32,000 nt of DNA from Wolbachia endosymbiont of Cimex lectularius (GTDB lineage Bacteria > Pseudomonadota > Alphaproteobacteria > Rickettsiales > Anaplasmataceae). The DNA lies in the NCBI RefSeq assembly GCF_000829315.1, contig NZ_AP013028.1:450001-482000 (forward strand), given 5' to 3'. Of this stretch, positions 1 to 6,802 are shown one piece after another. How positions within the stretch are numbered: position 1 is the stretch's first letter; each line of letters opens with the position of its first letter. The position numbers were made by a program, and so were the translations under genes. The notes under the pieces were generated by a model. The model ran no database searches and was not told the origin of the DNA. It saw nothing but the letters and a program-made list of their open reading frames with translations.

Positions 1-226
1 CTATATTTACACGATAGATAAGACGGTAACCACCAGCTTCCAATCTTCTATATCCTAATAACTTACCACATAATGGTTTACCAGCTTTAATTGGATCAAC
101 TTTGAGTTCTGTTTCTATCGCTTTTTCAAAACTCTTTCTTACTTTTTCTGGTAAAGCTCGAAAATCTTTCTTACATTTCTTTAAGAATTCAATTTCATAT
201 ACTTTACCCTTGTTTGAAATCTTCAT
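1..226 (-). CDS. RelE/ParE-family toxin, partial (truncated by window start)
   Basis: Minus-strand reading frame from ATG at 226 gives MKISNKGKVYEIEFLKKCKKDFRALPEKVRKSFEKAIETELKVDPIKAGKPLCGKLLGYRRLEAGGYRLIYRVNI..., with the RelE-like pattern (KxFxxLP...GxRRL..GxYRLIYRV). It overlaps the 3' end of the adjacent antitoxin. Confidence 0.75.
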   Translation of the reverse strand, partial: MKISNKGKVYEIEFLKKCKKDFRALPEKVRKSFEKAIETELKVDPIKAGKPLCGKLLGYRRLEAGGYRLIYRVNI

Positions 227-437
227 ATTTAATCGTTTCCGCACCTGGAGTATCACGCTCCTTAATAACATCAGCCAGTGCAATTTCTTCTATCTTACAT
301 TCAATCCCGTCTTCAATTAGCTGTTTTACAAGCTCTTGAACGGACTCCTTAGTCACTTCAGCTAGCCTAGTAAGCCGATGTGAAGTTTCTGGGTCAAAAG
401 TTACACTAATTCCTGAATCTGCCATAAATTTTACCAA
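204..437 (-). CDS. RelB/DNA-binding-like antitoxin
   Basis: ORF with MADSGISVTFDPETSHRLTRLAEVTKESVQELVKQLIEDGIE, a ribbon-helix-helix-like N-terminus. The listed start is TTG; the paralogous MADS... ATG at 425 is the more likely start. Immediately upstream of the partial toxin. Confidence 0.7.
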   Translation of the reverse strand: MVKFMADSGISVTFDPETSHRLTRLAEVTKESVQELVKQLIEDGIECKIEEIALADVIKERDTPGAETIKYEDFKQG

Positions 438-525
438 AGTCTACAACTATAACTAGTATACAACATTTTTCTGAATTTTTCAATAAATTAGTGTATGCTG
501 AAACTAGTTTAAAGAATAAGGGAAG

Positions 526-816
526 TCAAACCGACTTTATTTTTTTCTTGTAAACATCCTTTCTATATTTTATTGAGACAACAGTCACTAGATATTGTAT
601 AACATTTATTTGGTATACGACACGACACTTACCTACTTTTAATCTTCTATATCCTTTTAATCCATAACGTAATGCTTCACCACGGTTGGCAGGATCGGTT
701 TTGAGACGTTCTGCTATAGCTTTTTTGATTGTTTCCCTTTCCTTTTTTGGGATCCTTGGTAAGTCCTTTTTATCAACACTTTCTAGGAATTTAATCTTGT
801 ATTCCTTTGGTTCCAC
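526..816 (-). CDS. RelE/ParE-family toxin (second module)
   Basis: 96-aa ORF: KIKFLESVDKKDLPRIPKKERETIKKAIAERL...YGLKGYRRLKVGKCRVVYQINVIQYLVTVVSIKYRKDVYKK. Typical RelE layout, adjacent to an antitoxin. Confidence 0.8.
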   Translation of the reverse strand: MEPKEYKIKFLESVDKKDLPRIPKKERETIKKAIAERLKTDPANRGEALRYGLKGYRRLKVGKCRVVYQINVIQYLVTVVSIKYRKDVYKKKIKSV

Positions 817-1050
817 TTATTGGTCCCACTTGACATCTTCAAAATCAATTGTTTTTGCATCTGGAGTATGAAGTTTAGCAGCGCGCTCAATTAATATTCT
901 ATCTTCCTCATTTTCAATCGCTTCTTCCATGAGCTTTTCTGCTAGTTCTTTAACAGATTTGTTTCTTATTTCAGCTAGACCAACAAGGCACTCTGAAATT
1001 TCATCACTAAAGGTTATACTAATTTTTGAATCTGCCATAAGTTTTACCAA
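817..1050 (-). CDS. RelB-like antitoxin (second module)
   Basis: 77-aa ORF containing MADSKISITFSDEISECLVGLAEIRNKSVKELAEKLMEEAIE, paralogous to the ORF at 204..437. The MADS ATG at 1038 is the likely start. Confidence 0.75.
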   Translation of the reverse strand: MVKLMADSKISITFSDEISECLVGLAEIRNKSVKELAEKLMEEAIENEEDRILIERAAKLHTPDAKTIDFEDVKWDQ

Positions 1051-1135
1051 AGTCTACAACTATAACTAGTATACAACATTTTTCTGAATTTTTCAATAAA
1101 TTAGTGTATGCTAAAACTAGTTTAAAGGATGAAAA

Positions 1136-2183
1136 ATGCTATCTCAAAAGGACATTATTTTATGCCGTAAAGATTTTGGCTTCTTTGCCTTTCAAGGCAT
1201 GCTGCGGGTATTTAATATCAAATTAAATTTAAAAAGAGAAGACGGCAGTAAAAATTATTTATGGGTACTGTTTAATAGCATCAACCGATTGGTTTTTGAA
1301 AAAGCACATAATCAATGGTGGAATATGCCACCGCACTGTGCTAAGACAACATTGGGTTTTATATTTCATGTAGCGTTTGCTTTTGGTAATAACCCAAGGG
1401 CAAAATTTATGTATATCACGCATCAGAGGGATTTGATGCGTGAAAAAATAAACGAATTACATATGGTGCTTGAATCTCCATTTTATCGCCAAGTTTTTCC
1501 AAACGTAAAAGTAGTTGGTCGCAGAAGTACGCGAGTAATCAAAACGAAAGAAGATGGTTTTGTTAATGGCTTTTCAATATCAGGACATGTGACAGGTCCA
1601 TGGAGCTGGAGATAGTTCTTTTGATGTTGATGAGATTCGTAAATACGGTGGCTGTATTATCCTTGATGATTTACATGATGCGAGCTGTGCTTATAGCCGA
1701 GTATCCCTCGTTAACGCCTGTCAAAAATTTGAACAGTGTATAACTTCAAGGCGCAATACTTCCGATACACCATTTTTAGTAATTGGTCAAAGGATCAGTG
1801 TTTATGACATATTTTGCTATTTAGATAAAAAATCAGAGCGACAGTTTGAGAAGACCATAATACCTGCAGTACTGGAAAATGGAACAAGTATTGATGAAGA
1901 TAGATTGCCTCTGCAAGAGCTGAGGATCAAGGAAAAAGCAGAGCCTTATGTTTTTCAATCGTAATACATGCAAGATCCACTAGAGCCAAAATGGCGAATA
2001 TTCCGTGAGAAAGACTTTAAGAAAATCGATTTTACTTATAAGACAATTGGCGATAAAGATCTGATAGCTTTTATAGATCTAAACAGCGGTTCACTCAACA
2101 CTCTCGATAGGACGGCAGTGGGAGTATTTCGGCCATTTTTTGTGAGAACCTGTTTAAAATCTTGGAAATGTGAGGTAAAGTAA
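1136..2183 (+). pseudogene. Phage terminase large subunit fragment (WO-prophage-like), degraded
   Basis: ORF 1136..1615 (WWNMPPHCAKTTLGFIFHVAFAFGNNPRAKFMYITHQRDLMREKI, Walker A-like region) shifts frame near 1600. It continues as GDSSFDVDEIRKYGGCIILDDLHDASCAYSRVSLVNACQKFEQC..., hits an in-frame TAA at 1962..1964 (FQS*YMQDPLEP), then continues as ORF 1968..2183. Confidence 0.7.
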
Positions 2184-2201
2184 GCATAGATTAATAATGA
2201 G

Positions 2202-2999
2202 GTGTCTATGCAGAAAAGTTATCCAAGTAATATAAGTCAAGAGCAGTTTGAAAAAATCAGGCCAATTTTGGAGAGTAGCAAGCAGAAAACAAAACCAAGA
2301 AAACTTGATTTGTATGACGTATTTTGTGGGGTGTTGTACGTCTTAAAAAGTGGTTGTCAGTGGAGGATGTTACCAAAGGGTTTTCCAAGATGGGAAAGCG
2401 TATATTACTATTTTCGAGTGTGGAGTAAAAAGAATGGAGAAGAGCCAAGCTTGTTGGAATTAGTCTTAAAAAAAATTAGTTGGAGAGGTCCGTATCAGCA
2501 ATGGTCGGAAAGAGAAAACTAGCTTTTGTATAATTGATTCTCAAAGCGTTAAAAACGCAGATACTGCTGAAAAAAAAAAGGCTATGATGCAGGTAAAAAG
2601 ATTTCAGGGATAAAGCGCCATATTGCAGTTGATACACAAGGTTTGCCACATGCAATTTATGTAACAACGGCAGAAGCAACTGACCGTAGCAGTGCTGTGA
2701 AAATGGTCGAAAATGCTAAAGCAAACCTCTCTGAAGTTAAAAACATACTGGTTGATGCTGGCTACACAGGAGAAAATTTTGCAACACAAATAAAAGCTAT
2801 CATTGGTGCGACTGTTGAAGTAATAAAGCGAAGTGAGTTACACACTTTCGTCGTATTGCCAAAAAGATGGGTTGTTGAACGCTCTTTTGCCTGGTTAGAA
2901 AAGTGCAGGCGATTGTGGAAAAATTGCGAGCGGAAGCTCAACACTAGCTTACAGATGATAGTCCTCTCCTTCATTTCTCTCCTGTTACGAAGATTTTAA
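2202..2999 (+). mobile_element. IS5-family (IS1031-like group) transposase, frameshifted
   Basis: ORF 2202..2522 (MSMQKSYPSNISQEQFEKIRPILESS...GVLYVLKSGCQWRMLPKGFPRWESVYYYFRVW), then CIIDSQSVKNADTAEKK, a poly-A tract at 2570..2579, then GYDAGKKISGIKRHIAVDTQGLPHAIYVTTAEATDRSSAVKM...ILVDAGYTGENFA...VVERSFAWLEKCRRLWKNCERK. DDE-type residues are recognisable. Confidence 0.85.
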
Positions 3000-3076
3000 A
3001 CAGGTTCTAAATAAGAAAATTGGTATCTCGGTGAGAGGCAAGGAAGAAAACTTTAACTTGTCTTGACCGTAATGCT

Positions 3077-4015
3077 TTATACTTTATGAGCAAGAAGATT
3101 CTGTTCTTGTTGTGCGTTAGTTTCTTCTAGTTTACTTGATACTGCATATGTAATACCACCAGCAACAAGCCCAACTAACGAGGCAGCAGCTACAATTATG
3201 CCAGCTATAGCCAATATTGGTAATGCAACACCGGTAGCAAAACATCCAACACCAACTGCCAATCCAGTTACAACACCGAAAGCAATACCAATTTTTATTG
3301 CTTTACTAACTGCCATCCTAGTTTCAACTTGAAGAATTTTTTTTAGCATATCCTGATTTCCAGCCTCTTTTAAAAGACCTTTAATTTTCTCACGCTCATC
3401 TTCTTCTATAGCAACAAAAACTTCTTTTAACATGCCAAGACTTTCAGCTGCATCTAAAACGATTTTAATGCTTTCCTGTCCGTTCTGAAAAGCCATAGCA
3501 TAGGTAAGCGGTGTCTCAGTGTATTCTTCACGATTTTGGAGCTTTATGGTTGCCGGAGTATTAAAAACTTTTTTTAATATATTTTGCTCTCCTTTAACTG
3601 CATGTAAAATAGTTTTAATGCTTTCCTGATGATCATTAAAACTTATAGTAGAAAGACTTATAGCAAGGGCAAACGGTGTGGAAGTATGTTCTTCATCATC
3701 TGGAAACTTTGAATGTACATTCGTAGTAGTAAGAATGTCTTCTAATATACTTAGATTTTTAGCTGCACGTAGAATAGCTTCAACAGCTTTATAGCGGTTA
3801 TAAGAAATAGCAAAGGCAAGCAGTGTCTCAGTACGTTCTTGATTAACATCTTCAAACTTTTCAAATGTATTTACAGCAGTAAGAAACGCTATCAAATCAT
3901 TGTCTGAAACTTCTTTAAAAGAATTAAGGAATTGATCCTGATCTACTTTTATTTCTGCCTCTAACTTTTCATACAACTTCTGTTGTGTGTCTGTTAAACT
4001 TGTGTTATTAGGCAT
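3077..4015 (-). CDS. Hypothetical degenerate ankyrin-like repeat protein with C-terminal hydrophobic/glycine-rich hairpin; candidate secreted effector
   Basis: 312 aa. Repeated ankyrin-like units (ETLLAFAISYNRYKAVEAILRAAKNLS; STPFALAISLS..NDHQESIKTILHAVKGEQN; ETPLTYAMAFQNGQESIKIVLDAAESLG). C-terminus: AIKIGIAFGVVTGLAVGVGCFATGVALPILAIAGIIVAAASLVGLVAGGITYAV. Confidence 0.6.
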   Translation of the reverse strand: MPNNTSLTDTQQKLYEKLEAEIKVDQDQFLNSFKEVSDNDLIAFLTAVNTFEKFEDVNQERTETLLAFAISYNRYKAVEAILRAAKNLSILEDILTTTNVHSKFPDDEEHTSTPFALAISLSTISFNDHQESIKTILHAVKGEQNILKKVFNTPATIKLQNREEYTETPLTYAMAFQNGQESIKIVLDAAESLGMLKEVFVAIEEDEREKIKGLLKEAGNQDMLKKILQVETRMAVSKAIKIGIAFGVVTGLAVGVGCFATGVALPILAIAGIIVAAASLVGLVAGGITYAVSSKLEETNAQQEQNLLAHKV

Positions 4016-4318
4016 ATTAAATCCTCCTGTTAAAAATAATAATATAATTTAATTATTAACTATTTTGATATAAAAGTCAAGAAAAAAATTAAGAAAAAGT
4101 TAAGAAATGGACAAGATATCAATAATCACACACACTCAAATAAGCAAAAGGTGCCCGTGCTCAAGCAAACATATCAAATTGCGCAATTAACAGAGCCATA
4201 AATTCATTGACCAGCAGTTGATGGCGAGTAGTTTCTAAGTCTGAAGTATGAGTTAATGGATTATTATGATTTTTACTAAAATATTAATATAGTTAAGCTT
4301 TAATAGTGAGGTATTAAA

Positions 4319-5734
4319 ATGGGAAAATGTAATAACACATGGTTCAATAAGCATGATTGTACAAACGATGGCACCTGCGGTCAATCTATACAAAATTATA
4401 AGGTTGGTAATTCTAATATTTCTTTCTATGACAGCTATGGAAAAACGATTGCACAGATACCTAAGTTGCCTAACGGAAACTCTATTACATACTATAATAA
4501 TTTATACAAAACTGCAGAATCAAAAAATTTTGCTGGTAGGTCAGCAGAATATGTAGGAATTCAGGATGTATTGCCTAATCAATTTAATTTCAAATATGGA
4601 AAGTTAAATTGCGTGATACATTATGATAATGTATCACAAGAGGAGCAAGAGCAAATAAAGCTTGATATTCAAAACGCTTATGAGGCATACAAAGCGAAGT
4701 TTTGTATTGCCGGTACCCAAGGTACTGTGCACACCTATATTTTTAATAATGAAAATGACTATAAGAAATACGGCACTAAGGTTCCTGGGTTTTCAAAGTA
4801 TCAAGATATGGTTAATAAGTCTGCTGGAATGACAGATGGAAGAAGCGTATCGCTCTATAAAAATGCTTATATGGATAACGTTTTAGCACATGAAATGGGT
4901 CACGTGTTCCAATTTAGGTTTTCCATGGCAGAAGTAGAAGCATTAGACCGTGTAAATTCTCAGTTAATGGCAAATGCCATTGGGCTAGAAGTAGAAGAAA
5001 AAAATTATAAAGCTATTTGTGAACAAAAAGACATAAATGAATACAAAAAGTTTAATGACAAAATTTTTGAGTTTGAGTACAAAGGCACCCTGTATCAAGT
5101 ATGGGGTAAGGTACGTCAAAATCTTTCAGGAGAGGAGAAAGTTCAATTTATTAAAGACATTAAGAGCTCTCATGAATCGCTTACTAGTGAGTGTTATAGA
5201 TTAGGTGGTGAAAGTGCAACTTTAAAAGTTCACATTTATGTTGGTGAAAATAAAGACATAGATAAAGTGTTTTTTTATAACCCCAACAAGAACTTATCTA
5301 AATGGTTGGATAAGACACTTATAAGCAGAAGTAACCCTGAAGAAGAGGTAAATACAGAGAAAAGTCAAGAGGAACAAGAGTCAAATGAGGTGAATTCAAG
5401 ATCAGGGAAAGAAAAATCCTGGAGTCAGGAAGAGTTGAATAAAGTAGAACATACAGGCTCAAAGGAAGAACAAAGTAAGATAGAAGAGAGCCAGCAAGGC
5501 ACTCAGCAACCCAGTGACTCGTCACCTAATGTTATTTTTCAAGCGCTTGACTACATTATTGGTTCCATTTCATCATTCTTTTCATGGTTATTTGGTTCTA
5601 AAGAGAAAGAACAACCTGCTCAACAATCTGACGATAGCTTTTCTTTATTTGAGTTTGATGCGAGCGGGCTAGATCACGATATTGGAGATCACTTGTCAGA
5701 CAATCATTATCACTCATCTGATGAGCTAATATAA
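4319..5734 (+). CDS. Putative zinc metalloprotease-like protein (HExxH) with hydrophilic linker and C-terminal hydrophobic segment
   Basis: 471-aa ORF. VLAHEMGHVFQF contains HExxH (HEMGH). Charged repetitive linker (EEEVNTEKSQEEQESNEVNSRSGKEK...), then hydrophobic VIFQALDYIIGSISSFFSWLFG and an acidic tail. Confidence 0.6.
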   Translation: MGKCNNTWFNKHDCTNDGTCGQSIQNYKVGNSNISFYDSYGKTIAQIPKLPNGNSITYYNNLYKTAESKNFAGRSAEYVGIQDVLPNQFNFKYGKLNCVIHYDNVSQEEQEQIKLDIQNAYEAYKAKFCIAGTQGTVHTYIFNNENDYKKYGTKVPGFSKYQDMVNKSAGMTDGRSVSLYKNAYMDNVLAHEMGHVFQFRFSMAEVEALDRVNSQLMANAIGLEVEEKNYKAICEQKDINEYKKFNDKIFEFEYKGTLYQVWGKVRQNLSGEEKVQFIKDIKSSHESLTSECYRLGGESATLKVHIYVGENKDIDKVFFYNPNKNLSKWLDKTLISRSNPEEEVNTEKSQEEQESNEVNSRSGKEKSWSQEELNKVEHTGSKEEQSKIEESQQGTQQPSDSSPNVIFQALDYIIGSISSFFSWLFGSKEKEQPAQQSDDSFSLFEFDASGLDHDIGDHLSDNHYHSSDELI

Positions 5735-6021
5735 CAACTCCCCTCCCCTTTTTAGTTATGTCTATAGCCTTTCAAATATGGGGAGGTAGTTATTTAAACA
5801 ATTAAATGAAAAATTAAGTAAATCATCCTGAAATTCCTGCTTTTTGTTGCGCAAAGAGATGACTTTTATTTCATTTGCATTATGGTTTAGGAGAAACGCA
5901 GATGAGCATAGCAAAATACCTGAAGTACCTCAGCCGCTAACACATAGCGGAATGACGGTTTTTCGAATCTTTAGGGTGTCATCCAAGTAGCCCCTTCTCC
6001 TGTCGTTCCAGTGCCTTCTTC

Positions 6022-6291
6022 TTGTCATTCCAGCGCGTGACGCACATCTGTACGAACATTGCAATTAGCAGGTAATTTGCGTAACAGATGGTGTCATCCC
6101 AGTGCTCCGACACTGGGATCCAACCTTTCCATAATCATTAAAACGCCGTATTTTAACATAAAACAGCTACTTTTATACTCACCAACTTAATAAAATTCCT
6201 GGATGCCAGTGTCAGCTACTTGCATAACACCCTAGTGGTAGGCTCAAATCACAATGTTCGTACAGATGTGCGTCACGCGCTGGAATGACAA
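6022..6291. repeat. 40-bp perfect inverted repeat pair (6022..6061 / 6252..6291) flanking 190 bp
   Basis: Arm ttgtcattccagcgcgtgacgcacatctgtacgaacattg is exactly reverse-complementary to caatgttcgtacagatgtgcgtcacgcgctggaatgacaa. Confidence 0.9.
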
Positions 6292-6301
6292 CATTTGTTG
6301 T

Positions 6302-6777
6302 AAAAACAAATGTTCGTTCATGAATTGCAACTAGCTATAAATATTAAGAAATTTATCAAATGAGAAAAAAAGCAAAAGAAACCCTGGTCGGTGGCTAATT
6401 ATTTATATGTACCTCAAATATCGGCGTTTTTATTCTCAGCGCTACGATTCAGCTACTTTTAAATGCAAATAACCAAAACTGTAAACGTTAAGAAATTTAC
6501 TAAACAGGAAAAAGGGCAAAAAAACTCTAGGGCAGCTAGTATTCAAATTCTCCCTTGTCTATTTGACGTTCTACACTATCTTAAACGACTTATAAGCGCG
6601 TTTCAGCTTGTATAGATAAAAACCCGAAGTTTTAAAAAGACGTGAGGTGCACATAGTGCAAAAATTTAAACATGAGACGCCAAATACCCTAAGTTTTTTG
6701 TCATTAACCTGCACAGATTGCGAAGATAAATAAATAGCTTCAGTATCATTATAAGGGGGTTGGCGAAGGTTGTCAAG
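6302..6777 (+). repeat. Dispersed repeat, copy A
   Basis: Shares with 14241..14693, 25960..26306 and the reverse complement of 29810..30240: ttaagaaatttaYcaaa..gaaaaa.gcaaaagaaacc, cttataagcgcgtttcagcttgtata, aagttttaaaaagac(a/g)tg, tgtcattaacctgcacagattg and ggcgaaggttgtcaag. Confidence 0.85.
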
Positions 6778-6802
6778 TTTCTATGAATGGCGTGTTATAT
6801 GC

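Noticed and set aside
102-320. 72-aa plus-strand ORF at 102..320
   Set aside because: Antisense to the overlapping RelE/RelB-like genes; not protein-like.
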